DNA from: a virus
Taxonomy: Duplodnaviria > Caudoviricetes
Strand: one strand, 5' to 3'
IMG/VR virus record: IMGVR_UViG_3300016665_000054
Coordinates: 1 to 35,818 of that record
DNA: 35,818 nucleotides
Shown here: piece after piece, positions 24,265 to 33,648 of the stretch
Numbering within the stretch: position 1 is the first letter of the stretch
Layout of the letters: every line of letters begins with the position of its first letter
Notes under the pieces: generated by a model
Told to the model about the DNA's origin: nothing
The model's database searches: none
Seen by the model: the letters and a program-made list of their open reading frames with translations, nothing else
Position numbers and translations under genes: made by a program

Positions 24265-25749
24265 ATGGCTCTAGTTCCACTTAACATTCCTCCAGGCGTC
24301 TACCGCACCGGCACTGAACTTCAGTCTGCTGGCCGTTGGTATGACGCCAATCTTGTTCGGTGGGGCGAAGGCACGATGAAGCCTGTGGGCGGATGGGCAA
24401 AACGCGCCGTGTCCGCCCTGACTGGTAAGGCTCGGTCGATCATCGCATGGAAAACTAACTCAAATATCCGCCTGATTGCAGTCGGCACATCGTCAAAGCT
24501 GTATGCAATCACGCAGTCAAATGCTCTGGCTGACATCACGCCAACATCTTTCACGGCTGGCTCTGACGACGCTGTGACGGGCGCTGGCTACGGCTCTGGG
24601 ACTTACGGGACGGGCTATTTCGGGACGCCTCGGCCTGACACTGGCTCGATCACGCCTGCAACGACATGGAGCCTCGACACATGGGGCGAATATCTCGTTG
24701 GCTGCTCCAGCAGTGACGGAAAGATTTACGAGTGGCAACTTGATTACTCGACCCCGACAAAGGCCGCTGTGGTCACGAATGCGCCAACGGGCTGCACAGC
24801 CATCCTTGTCACTGCCGAACGATCCCTGATGGCTCTGGGGGCCTCTGGCAACTATCGCAAAATCGCATGGTCAGATCTTGAGGACAACACGGTCTGGACG
24901 GCGGCCTCCACTAACCTTGCTGGCAGCCTTGAATTGCAGACGGGTGGCCGGATCATCACTGGCAAGCGTGTCCGTGGGCAGAACCTGATCCTGACTGACA
25001 TTGACGCTCACATTGTGTCTTATGTCGGCCAGCCCTTTGTCTATACCGCTGAAATTGCTGGCCGCGCTTGTGGCGCTGCATCTGCTAACTGCATCGCCGT
25101 TCTCGATAACATGGCTGTCTGGATGGGTGCTAACGGCTTCCATGTGTATGATGGGTATGTCCGCCCGCTTCCCTGCGACGTGTTCGACTACGTTTTCAGC
25201 GACCTGAACAACGCGCAAATCTCCAAGGTGTATGCGGTCAACAACTCGCAGTTTAACGAGGTATGGTGGTTCTATCCGTCATCCAGTTCCAATGAGAACA
25301 ACCGCTATGTCGCATGGAACTATGTCGAAAATAGCTGGACGTTTGGCTCTCTGGCCCGCACTTGCGGCACTGACCGTGGCGTGTTTTCCAATCCTGTTAT
25401 GGTCGGGATTGATGGCTTTACTTACGACCACGAGACTGGCCTGAACTATGACGGCGCTCTGCCCTATGTCGAAAGTGGCCCCGTCCAGATCGGCAATGGC
25501 GACCAGATCATGTATGTGAATGAGATGATCCCAGATGAGCGCAATCAGGGTTCAGTCGTGGCGACGTTCAAGACGAAATACTATCCGAACGGCGACGAAA
25601 CGTCATACGGACCGTATGATCTGACCAACCCGACATCCGTCCGCTTCAATGGGCGGCAGATCAAAATGCGCGTGACGACTGATAGCACCCCGTCAGCGTG
25701 GCGCGTTGGCACTCAGCGGCTGAATGTGATTGCAGGTGGTCGTCGGTGA
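24265..25749 (+). CDS. Tail nozzle / packaged-DNA stabilisation protein (P22 gp10-like)
   Basis: 494-aa beta-propeller-like; IAWSD.ED...W, FNEVWWFYPS, YNY/WNY.EN.W. Confidence 0.8.
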   Translation: MALVPLNIPPGVYRTGTELQSAGRWYDANLVRWGEGTMKPVGGWAKRAVSALTGKARSIIAWKTNSNIRLIAVGTSSKLYAITQSNALADITPTSFTAGSDDAVTGAGYGSGTYGTGYFGTPRPDTGSITPATTWSLDTWGEYLVGCSSSDGKIYEWQLDYSTPTKAAVVTNAPTGCTAILVTAERSLMALGASGNYRKIAWSDLEDNTVWTAASTNLAGSLELQTGGRIITGKRVRGQNLILTDIDAHIVSYVGQPFVYTAEIAGRACGAASANCIAVLDNMAVWMGANGFHVYDGYVRPLPCDVFDYVFSDLNNAQISKVYAVNNSQFNEVWWFYPSSSSNENNRYVAWNYVENSWTFGSLARTCGTDRGVFSNPVMVGIDGFTYDHETGLNYDGALPYVESGPVQIGNGDQIMYVNEMIPDERNQGSVVATFKTKYYPNGDETSYGPYDLTNPTSVRFNGRQIKMRVTTDSTPSAWRVGTQRLNVIAGGRR

Positions 25750-26876
25750 CGCTTAAACTTCCTCCCGCCCCACAATCCTATAACCCTGCATATGAGGCGC
25801 AGCGCAACCGTCTTATTGAGGTTTTTGCGCAACAGACATACACCAAGGGCGAGGATGTCGGCATCTATCAGCCTGCGAAGCTGATTGCGTCTGATGCGTC
25901 ATTTATCACCACCGACACGCATACCCCGTCTGAAGGCTCCCTGTCATGGAACAGCCTGGACGGGACGCTTGATCTTGGCATGGAATACGGGGTGATCCAA
26001 CAGATCGGCCAAGAGGTTTATGCCCGCGTTGAGAACATGACTGGATCGACAATCCCAAATGGGACAGTTGTCGGCTTCGCTGGGGTTGGCGCAAATAACG
26101 TCTTATCCGTCTCAAAATACATTGCGAACGGCTCCACGCCCACGCTCTACATTCTTGGTGTCTTGACGCACGACCTGCCGGACAGCGGCGAAGTCGGATA
26201 TTGCACAACCTTCGGCCATGTGCGCGGCATTAATACGAGCGCGTTTTCAGTTGGCAACATTCTCTACGCCTCGCCCACCACGGCTGGAGCATTCACAAAC
26301 GTCAAGCCAACAGCACCTAACAATGTCGTTCCAGTTGCGGCTGTTTTGAAGGTCGGCACAACAGACGGTGAGATCTTTGTCCGCCCGACGATTGAGCAGC
26401 AAAAATACTATGGGGTTTTCTCGGATACCGCAACCAAGACGCCTGCTGCTATTTACACGCCATACGCAATCACGTTCAACACGACTGACTTTGCCAATGG
26501 CTTTTCACGAGGTTCACCGACATCTCGGATCGTTGCGCCGACATCTGGCCTGTATAACTTCCAGTTTTCAGTTCAGTTGAGCAGCGGATCATCCAGCGCA
26601 AAGAAGATCTGGATTTGGCCGCGCGTCAACGGAACAGACGTGCCAAACTCAAACAGCGAAGTGACGGTTGCAGCAAATAACGCAGCCGAAGTTGTTGGAT
26701 GGAACTGGGCTTTGTCGCTGAACGCAAACGACTATTTCGAAATTATGTATGCGGTTGATGACACCAATGTCCAGATTGTTGCATCTGCGGCTCAGGCTGG
26801 CGCGACAGGAACAGCCAGCTTCGCACGGCCCGCTGTGCCTTCGATCATTTTGACTGTGACTGAGGTCCAGCAATGA
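25746..26876 (+). CDS. Tail-associated fibre/spike protein
   Basis: GTGA overlap; DUF2190-like middle (GEVGYCTTFGHVRGINT) and C1q/BclA-like C-terminus (GLYNFQFSVQL). Confidence 0.65.
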   Translation: MTLKLPPAPQSYNPAYEAQRNRLIEVFAQQTYTKGEDVGIYQPAKLIASDASFITTDTHTPSEGSLSWNSLDGTLDLGMEYGVIQQIGQEVYARVENMTGSTIPNGTVVGFAGVGANNVLSVSKYIANGSTPTLYILGVLTHDLPDSGEVGYCTTFGHVRGINTSAFSVGNILYASPTTAGAFTNVKPTAPNNVVPVAAVLKVGTTDGEIFVRPTIEQQKYYGVFSDTATKTPAAIYTPYAITFNTTDFANGFSRGSPTSRIVAPTSGLYNFQFSVQLSSGSSSAKKIWIWPRVNGTDVPNSNSEVTVAANNAAEVVGWNWALSLNANDYFEIMYAVDDTNVQIVASAAQAGATGTASFARPAVPSIILTVTEVQQ

Positions 26877-27241
26877 TGAACGTCTATGAGGAGTTTAAGC
26901 GGCTGTCTCCACAACTTGAGGCGGCGCTTGAATATACCAAGGGGACGCACTCTCTGGACGACATTTGGCACGGTATTGTTGAGGGCCGTTTTCAGTTCTG
27001 GCCTGGTGACAATTCCGTCATTGTGACGGACATTGAGATCTATCCGCAGCGCCGTGTCATGCACATTTTTCTGGCCGGTGGAGAGTTAGAAGAACTGCTG
27101 GAAATGGAAAAGGCCGTGGAAGCATACGCGGCAACAATTGGGTGTAATTCAATGTCAATCTCTGGTAGAAGGGGTTGGCTGAAGGTTTTTCAGAACGATG
27201 GCTGGCAAGAGGTATGCACCACCATCGCTAAGGAGTTATAA
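26873..27241 (+). CDS. GNAT-fold tail assembly protein (P22 gp14-like)
   Basis: HIFLAGGEL...A..IGC..MSISGRRGW. Confidence 0.7.
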   Translation: MMNVYEEFKRLSPQLEAALEYTKGTHSLDDIWHGIVEGRFQFWPGDNSVIVTDIEIYPQRRVMHIFLAGGELEELLEMEKAVEAYAATIGCNSMSISGRRGWLKVFQNDGWQEVCTTIAKEL

Positions 27242-27243
27242 GT

Positions 27244-28113
27244 ATGTCCAAGGGCGGCAACACGGCGACACAGGCGACGACGCAGACGCTTGATCCCTTC
27301 GTGAAAGATTTAATCACGCGAGGCTTTACGGCTGCACAGCAAGTTGCCTCTACGCCTTATCAGGCATACACTGGTCCCCGACTGGCTCAGTTCCGCCCGC
27401 AGGAGATGCAGGCATTCCAGATGGCTGAACAGGCTGCCACTGGCCGCGTTGGCGCTCCCCAGCTTGAACAGGCCACGATGGCCGCCCAGAGGGCCGCTGG
27501 TTACTCTCCCGCACAGTTCCAGCAGGACGTGCAGGGTTTCATGTCACCCTATCAGGAAAGCGTTGTAGACGCGACTATGCGCCGTCTGGCTCAGGCCCGT
27601 GCAGAGCGTGACGCGGCGACTAAGGCTCAGTTGGCGTCGTCTCGTGCGTTCGGCAATGAGCGCCGTGGCGTCTATGAAGCGCAACTTGCTGGCGAACAGG
27701 ACTTGAACACCGCTCAGACGCTGGCGAACCTCTATCAGCAGGGTTACGGTCAGGCCGCTGGCTTTGCTCAGAACCTTCCGACGCAGCAGTTGGCGGGTGC
27801 TGGTGCATTGGCTAACTTCGGCGCTCAGGCGCTCTCACAAGAGCAGGCCCGTCAACAGATGCTTGCGGGTGCTGGTCAGGCGCAGCGCGGTATGGCGCAG
27901 CAAAACCTCGACCTTGCGTATCAGGACTTCCTTGCACAGCGCGGCTATCCGCTGGAGCAGCTTAAAATCCTTCAGTCTGGCATCAGCGGTGTCCCTGCGC
28001 TTACGTCATCTACACAAACAACTACTGGGCCGGGACAGGGTTTTCTTAATACCGCATCTGATGTGACTGGATTTATTTCTGGCCTTCAAAAAATCGGGAT
28101 TTTGCCGAAATGA
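27244..28113 (+). CDS. DNA ejection/pilot protein
   Basis: MSKGG start, Q/A/G-rich, FMSPYQESVVD, AFGNER. Confidence 0.75.
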   Translation: MSKGGNTATQATTQTLDPFVKDLITRGFTAAQQVASTPYQAYTGPRLAQFRPQEMQAFQMAEQAATGRVGAPQLEQATMAAQRAAGYSPAQFQQDVQGFMSPYQESVVDATMRRLAQARAERDAATKAQLASSRAFGNERRGVYEAQLAGEQDLNTAQTLANLYQQGYGQAAGFAQNLPTQQLAGAGALANFGAQALSQEQARQQMLAGAGQAQRGMAQQNLDLAYQDFLAQRGYPLEQLKILQSGISGVPALTSSTQTTTGPGQGFLNTASDVTGFISGLQKIGILPK

Positions 28114-28670
28114 TGAATAATCAACCACCCCAAATGTCTGATACAGAGCGGCTTGCACAGCTTATGCAGGGCAATTTCTCTGGACAACTTGACAGTAGCG
28201 ATAAACTTGCGGCCTTGAGCGCACTTCTTCGATCTGTTGGCCGTGGAAGCCAAGTTAGTCCACAGCAGGCGTTGCAGCAATTCCAGCAGCAAAAGATGCA
28301 AGAAGTTCAAGGGCGTATCCAGATCGACCAGCTTCGCAAGCAGGCTGAACAGAAGGCGCAGTTGGCAGCGGTAAAGGCTCAGTATATTTCGCAGCTTGAG
28401 CAGACCAACCCGCAACTTGCCCGCGCAGTGCAGTTGATGAACGCAGATGACTTTGCGAAATTGGTCATCGAACAGAACAAGCCTCAGACGCCAACCCGCC
28501 TTGCGTTCGATCCGCTTGGTCGTCCGCGTGACCCATTCACTGGCGCAATTGTCAATCCAGCCGCTCGTCTCCAAGGCTTGCCCACGGTTGCGACTGATGC
28601 TGATTTTGAAGCCCTTCCTTCTGGCTCTGATTTTGTTGATCCTGAAGGCAACATTCGGAGGAAACCGTAA
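28110..28670 (+). CDS. Putative ejection protein
   Basis: Q-rich helical protein; C-terminal DFEALPSGSDFVDPEGNIRRKP. Confidence 0.65.
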   Translation: MMNNQPPQMSDTERLAQLMQGNFSGQLDSSDKLAALSALLRSVGRGSQVSPQQALQQFQQQKMQEVQGRIQIDQLRKQAEQKAQLAAVKAQYISQLEQTNPQLARAVQLMNADDFAKLVIEQNKPQTPTRLAFDPLGRPRDPFTGAIVNPAARLQGLPTVATDADFEALPSGSDFVDPEGNIRRKP

Positions 28671-29356
28671 TGGGTTGGCGTGACGCTCCTATTGTAAAAG
28701 GCGCACCTGAGGCGCTTCAAAAGCCGATTGACCCGACGCAGATGCCCGGATTTCAGTCTAATGTTGCTGGCGCAGTGACTGCCGCAACAGAAAACGTGAA
28801 GGCTGGGCTGAAGCCTGCCACTGAGGCCGCAACTGCCGTAGCCACGGCGGACATTCCGACGCCCGCGATCTATCAAGACCTCGCTTCCGCCCGAACGCAA
28901 TTGACAAGTGTTAAGAAGCAATTGGACCGCGCACAGCAAATCTATAATCGGTCCTTGAAAGGGAAAGAGCCTTGGCGCGTTGTCCGTGAGTATTTCCCCG
29001 GCGCATTCCCCGGAGATAGCGTTTCCAAGGACGTTGGCCGTTTCAACACCGCCGCAAGCCAACTTTATTCATTGGCAAGCCAAATTACACGCGTCCCCGG
29101 TGAGGGTTCGCAAGATATGCGTGAGTTCGCTCAGAAGTTGGAGGCGTTTAAGCCATCAGCAGATGACAAGGACGAAGTGATTGAGGAAAAGATCGGCGGC
29201 CTTCGCACATTGATTGATGAGCGCCTGAGCTTTGTAAACAATCGCCTTGGCACTATCAAAAAGCCGACACCCAACATTAACCGGGCAAAGGCGATGATGG
29301 GTGCAACTCAAAAGCCGAAAGTTATTCGCTTTGATAAGAATGGGAACCGCATCTGA
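28670..29356 (+). CDS. Putative ejection protein
   Basis: TAATG coupling; GSQDMRE motif; ends FDKNGNRI. Confidence 0.65.
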   Translation: MGWRDAPIVKGAPEALQKPIDPTQMPGFQSNVAGAVTAATENVKAGLKPATEAATAVATADIPTPAIYQDLASARTQLTSVKKQLDRAQQIYNRSLKGKEPWRVVREYFPGAFPGDSVSKDVGRFNTAASQLYSLASQITRVPGEGSQDMREFAQKLEAFKPSADDKDEVIEEKIGGLRTLIDERLSFVNNRLGTIKKPTPNINRAKAMMGATQKPKVIRFDKNGNRI

Positions 29357-30966
29357 TGCCAATTCAAGCGAAACTCCCTGATGGCACGACTTTGGAGTTT
29401 CCTGATGGCACTCCCGATGAAGTCATTGATGCGACTGTAAAGAAGCAAATTGGTGCGCCTGCTGATGACGCTGGCTTTCTTGAGTCGCTTTATCTTGGCG
29501 CTCGTGAGCCTTTGGATATTCTGGCTGCACGTCTTGAACCGCAGGCGCTTGCCAGTTTAAGTCAGGCAATCGGACTGCCGACAGCGCAACAGGCGTTGCA
29601 GCAGACAGATATTCGTCGGCGCGGCGCAAGTCAGGCTGGTCAAATTCTTGGCAACGTAGCTGGCACAACTGCTATGCTTCCTGTCAGAGCGGTCACAGCG
29701 CCTGCAACTCTTGGTCAAGCCGCACTTGGCGGCGGGGCTGCAAGCGGCCTCTTGTCCCGTGCAGAGAATATGCCTGAGTTTGTTGGCGACATTGCAACTG
29801 GCGCAGCTTTCTCCACCGCACTAAAGCCTGTTGCGGACATCATTTCTGGAACGATTGCTCCTGCCGCTGGCCGTCAACTGAAGAAGTTGCGTGAAGAAGG
29901 CATCTCTCCGACAATCGGCATGATTGCTGGTGAGTCTGGCAACATTCTTGGTCGCGGATTGCAAAAACTGGAGGAGGCGGCGACCAGCCTTCCGGCGCTT
30001 GGTGATCTTGTTCAATTTGCTCGTGAAGGCGCTGGCGATGAATTTGAACGCGCTGCATTAAATCGAGCATCGTCGTTTATTGGGCGCGTTGTTCCAAAAG
30101 ACCTTAATGGCGAAGAGGCTGTTGGCTGGGTTAAAGGAAAATTGCAGCAGGCGTATAACACGCTTGTCCCAAATCTCGAATTTACGGTGACTGGTGATTT
30201 TGCTCAAAAGGCAAAGCAAGTCTTTGATGACTTGGGCATTCCAAGCAGCCGCACGTCTCTGAAAAATGACTGGCTTGCGATCATCAAGGATAGCATCACC
30301 GATCTGGCCGATGCCGATAGCATGATTAAGGGCAAGAACCTTCAGGATGCTTTGAGCCGTCTTGGCAAGTCATCTGAGGCGTTTATCAAGTCTGATGATC
30401 CATTTGAACGCAGGCTTGGGACTGGTGTTGCAAACTTGCGTCAAGTCTGGATGGACGCTCTTGCGGAACAGAACCCGGCTCAAGCTGTTGCGTTGCGACA
30501 GATTAATAGCGGTTGGGCGCATCAAGCGCGACTGAAAAAGGCCGCTGCTGGCGCTAAAGGTAAGATTACACCGTCATCACTTGACCGTGCGGTGTCTGCA
30601 TTTGGAAAAGGTGAGCGGCGCGGTCCTTATGCTGATCTGGCTCGTGCTGGTCGCATGATACCATCAACAACCCCTGATAGTGGGACGGCCACGCGGCTGC
30701 TTCGTAATGCAACTTTGGCTGGTGGCGTGGCTGCTGGCGCACAGGGTATTGCAAATGCCTTGGGGTATGACATTGAAGTAACCCCACGGCAGGCCGCAGC
30801 CATTGCCTTGATTGCGGCTCCATATACGCCACAAGGCCGCAAAGCCATTGCAACCATTCTCGGCAGGACACCAAGCAAGGCATCTCAGGCTGTTGGAGTT
30901 GCGTCTCGCGCTCTCCTTAGCCCTGCCGCTGTTGCTGGCCTGACAACTCCACGCCAAGGAAAATAA
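29356..30966 (+). CDS. Large ejection / DNA transfer protein
   Basis: LPDGTTLEFPDGTPDEVI start, A/G-rich helical body, PDSGTATR motif. Confidence 0.7.
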   Translation: MPIQAKLPDGTTLEFPDGTPDEVIDATVKKQIGAPADDAGFLESLYLGAREPLDILAARLEPQALASLSQAIGLPTAQQALQQTDIRRRGASQAGQILGNVAGTTAMLPVRAVTAPATLGQAALGGGAASGLLSRAENMPEFVGDIATGAAFSTALKPVADIISGTIAPAAGRQLKKLREEGISPTIGMIAGESGNILGRGLQKLEEAATSLPALGDLVQFAREGAGDEFERAALNRASSFIGRVVPKDLNGEEAVGWVKGKLQQAYNTLVPNLEFTVTGDFAQKAKQVFDDLGIPSSRTSLKNDWLAIIKDSITDLADADSMIKGKNLQDALSRLGKSSEAFIKSDDPFERRLGTGVANLRQVWMDALAEQNPAQAVALRQINSGWAHQARLKKAAAGAKGKITPSSLDRAVSAFGKGERRGPYADLARAGRMIPSTTPDSGTATRLLRNATLAGGVAAGAQGIANALGYDIEVTPRQAAAIALIAAPYTPQGRKAIATILGRTPSKASQAVGVASRALLSPAAVAGLTTPRQGK

Positions 30967-30967
30967 T

Positions 30968-31456
30968 ATGGCTGACGCTGTAGGCATTGTTAAATCGCTG
31001 TTCCCGACAGCCAAAATCACCAGCACAAAACGCTCTCCGATGAGCAAGTTGGGCCGTGCTAACCCGCGATCCTATCACAACGTCGGTAAGGCAATCGACA
31101 TCGCCCCGATCCCCGGCGTGAAGTTCAAGGATTATGTCCGCTCTCTTGAAGGTGCTGGCCTCAAGATTGTGGAAGCCCTTGAGGAGGTCGGTGCAAAGCG
31201 TTCTAAACACGCCACGGGCAATCACTGGCACATTGCCTATGAAGATGATGCACCACCTAAGAAATCGGCTCCAGCGGCTCCCAAAGCCGTCCAGATGGCT
31301 GCTATGGACGTTGAGACGCCCGATATGCCTGATGCACCTGAGTTTGACGTTGCAGCGGAAACGGAAAGCAACTTCGCATCGCTCCTAGCTGGCCTTGGTA
31401 AAAAGAAGCGCAAGGGCAAAAAGAAACTCCCCGGCATTCTGGATGGTATCGTGTAA
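30968..31456 (+). CDS. Peptidase M15-like virion-associated peptidoglycan hydrolase
   Basis: ITS.KRS...SYH...KAIDI (H-x6-D) and HWHI zinc ligands. Confidence 0.7.
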   Translation: MADAVGIVKSLFPTAKITSTKRSPMSKLGRANPRSYHNVGKAIDIAPIPGVKFKDYVRSLEGAGLKIVEALEEVGAKRSKHATGNHWHIAYEDDAPPKKSAPAAPKAVQMAAMDVETPDMPDAPEFDVAAETESNFASLLAGLGKKKRKGKKKLPGILDGIV

Positions 31457-32913
31457 TGGCTCAGGCTCCCCGCAGGCTCTCTATCGCTGATGTTCTTGGC
31501 TTTGGATCGGCTCCACAGCGTAATCTAACGCAGGGCTATCGGCAGGCGGTCAATCGTCCGGCTCCGCGCACAACCGGAACGCTCAAGGCTGCCCGCCCAA
31601 CTGCCGCTCAGGAACTTGCCCAGCTTCTCACCCCAGATACACGCTTTGGCGCTGAACTTGCCGCGAAGATTGAGCCTGCTATTGAGATGTCACCTCTAGG
31701 GCTTCTCACGGGCCTTGTAGATGCCCGCAGGCAGTATCAAGCGGGTAACACTGGTCAGGCTGCTGGGACGGGCATTCTGGCTGCTCTAGGGGCTATTCCG
31801 GGAGGCAAGGCTGGGAGCAAGGTTGCCCAGTCAACGCTGCGTGATTTTTCAAACATCGCCTTTGATCCAGCGATGTATAAATTGCGCAAGACAAAGGACT
31901 TGCCGCGATTGTTTGCTGAACCGATAACGGTCCAAAAAACAAGTTCAGTTCCTGCCCCGCAAATGGTGTCAATCGCTGATTATATTGGCCGCCCTTATAT
32001 CATATCAATGGCTGACAGAACTGCCGCTGGCGGGTTGATTTCAAAAATTGGGAATACTGATCTTAACTTCCCTGTGTCGTTGCAGGGCGGTCAGGACTTT
32101 ATGTTCGACCCGACAACTGGCGGCCTTGTTTGGGCATCTGAGCAATCACCAGTATCAAACATCATGAATTTGGCTGGCAAGTTATACGAGAAAACAGGGC
32201 AGAAGCCTATCTATTTGCCTTACCGCATGGCTGGAACTGGCTCTGACTTTGCCACCATGACTGGTGAATTGATGATGGCGTATGCTGACGCAACCCTCGA
32301 CGCGGCAGACAAGTTGCGCTTCAATAGTATTATTGGAGAAAAGATTAAGGACTTCAAAGGCATCAGCGACCCAGAAGGGTATAAGCAGTTTGCAAAACTT
32401 TCAGGAGACGCCCGTAAGGCGTTGCAAACAAAGTTGAATGACGAGTTTGGCGAAGCCGGTGGCGGCCTTACATTGCCGATGGTTCGCGCTATGATTGCCG
32501 ATCCAAACCAAATTAATAAGCCGTCATTCTTCCTTCAGAATGTTGGTGAGATCGACCCAACCCGACCCGTCATGGTTGGCACTGGGCATCGCACATATTC
32601 GCGGGGCGTTCCCGGTCAGGGCCTTGGTCTTTTGAGCGAGGATATTAATGTTGCAAACCTCGTTCCTGAACTGAGCAAGATTTACAAGATTGGTGATCCG
32701 AATGCCTTCAGAGGACAATACGCTGACTTCACGGATTATGGCCGGAAGTTAAAAATAGCAGAGGCCGAAAGAGAGCGGCTGAAGGCGATTGCAAAAGGAA
32801 AGAAGCCAAAGGATTACAATACCGAACAGGGCGGCACGAACAAGTATATGATGTCAGGCGCAAAGTTCGGCATTTTGACAGAGGATATGGTTCGCTCAAT
32901 CCTTGGGCAGTAA
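31456..32913 (+). CDS. Terminal late protein with ejection-like N-terminus and uncharacterised globular C-terminus
   Basis: 485-aa ORF; GILAALGAIPGGK linker; TAATG coupling. Confidence 0.75.
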   Translation: MAQAPRRLSIADVLGFGSAPQRNLTQGYRQAVNRPAPRTTGTLKAARPTAAQELAQLLTPDTRFGAELAAKIEPAIEMSPLGLLTGLVDARRQYQAGNTGQAAGTGILAALGAIPGGKAGSKVAQSTLRDFSNIAFDPAMYKLRKTKDLPRLFAEPITVQKTSSVPAPQMVSIADYIGRPYIISMADRTAAGGLISKIGNTDLNFPVSLQGGQDFMFDPTTGGLVWASEQSPVSNIMNLAGKLYEKTGQKPIYLPYRMAGTGSDFATMTGELMMAYADATLDAADKLRFNSIIGEKIKDFKGISDPEGYKQFAKLSGDARKALQTKLNDEFGEAGGGLTLPMVRAMIADPNQINKPSFFLQNVGEIDPTRPVMVGTGHRTYSRGVPGQGLGLLSEDINVANLVPELSKIYKIGDPNAFRGQYADFTDYGRKLKIAEAERERLKAIAKGKKPKDYNTEQGGTNKYMMSGAKFGILTEDMVRSILGQ

Positions 32914-33096
32914 GAAGCCATCCTCAAATTCTGAGGCAACATGAGAATACGGTGAGCCTTCGATGAACTTAACAACGTCATCCCGTGACAGTTCTGCATC
33001 TGGCTCAAGGATGTATTCAGCACCAAGCATCAACAAGGCCCACTGCATATCATCTGACATTTGAGCAAACGGATTAATTGAGGGACTGAATTTCAT
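32896..33096 (-). CDS. Small acidic protein (66 aa), convergent with and overlapping the terminal late gene
   Basis: GGAGG RBS before ATG 33096; 18-bp 3' overlap. Confidence 0.6.
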   Translation of the reverse strand: MKFSPSINPFAQMSDDMQWALLMLGAEYILEPDAELSRDDVVKFIEGSPYSHVASEFEDGFLLPKD

Positions 33097-33214
33097 GGCT
33101 AAAAAATCCTCCAAAGAAACACCGTGGACACCGCAGCAGCGTAAGAAGCGTCGTCATCAGCCTGCTGGATTGCGTCATCGTAAAAAGTTGGGGCCGCGCT
33201 CTCACTTGAGGTAA
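33095..33214 (+). CDS. Very basic 39-aa peptide MAKKSSKETPWTPQQRKKRRHQPAGLRHRKKLGPRSHLR, not in the ORF track
   Basis: GAGGG RBS, ATG 33095; K/R-rich like other small late proteins. Confidence 0.55.
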   Translation: MAKKSSKETPWTPQQRKKRRHQPAGLRHRKKLGPRSHLR

Positions 33215-33215
33215 T

Positions 33216-33290
33216 GGGGCGATGATGTAGTGCCTAATTACACCACCGCCCCGGCACGTTGGATGGCGGAACCCCCGAAACGCACATCCT
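33216..33290 (-). other. Structured non-coding segment (two hairpins), possible leader or sRNA
   Basis: Minus strand GGATG(T)GCG...CGCCATCC, then GGGGCGGTGGTGTAAT-taggc-ACTACATCATCGCCCC with G-U pairs. Confidence 0.45.
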
Positions 33291-33352
33291 ACTGACATAT
33301 ACTATAAAGCCATTCGAGTTGTCGGGATGGGACAAAAATAATTTATCTCATG

Positions 33353-33387
33353 AAAAAGGGCCGAACCCCAACAAGCCCGACCCTTTC
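33353..33387 (-). terminator. Rho-independent terminator of the leftward early operon
   Basis: Minus strand AAAGGGTCGGGCTT-GTTG-GGGTTCGGCCCTTTTT. Confidence 0.75.
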
Positions 33388-33423
33388 CCAACCAACAAGG
33401 AGCGATTGATATTCTCCTATTTA

Positions 33424-33648
33424 TCACTCATCGTCAATAGCGTTTATGGGCGTCTCAGGAGGTAATTCCTCTGGGAGCCTAGCGTAATCCTCTCCGGCAT
33501 TGATAATGTCCTTCAAGGCGCTCTGGACAAGTTCTCCGTTGTCCCACTGCCCACCCATAACGCCACGATACACCACAGAGCCTTCCCGATAGGCTTTAGC
33601 GACTTTCTCACGCGCTTCTGGAAGCAGCTTCGTCATTAAATCCTCCAT
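33424..33648 (-). CDS. Hypothetical protein
   Basis: Coupled to the ssb stop; GQWDNG motif. Confidence 0.7.
   Translation of the reverse strand: MEDLMTKLLPEAREKVAKAYREGSVVYRGVMGGQWDNGELVQSALKDIINAGEDYARLPEELPPETPINAIDDE

Noticed and set aside
33215-33420. tRNA gene in the intergenic region
   Set aside because: No cloverleaf, T-loop GTTCRA or CCA arrangement found
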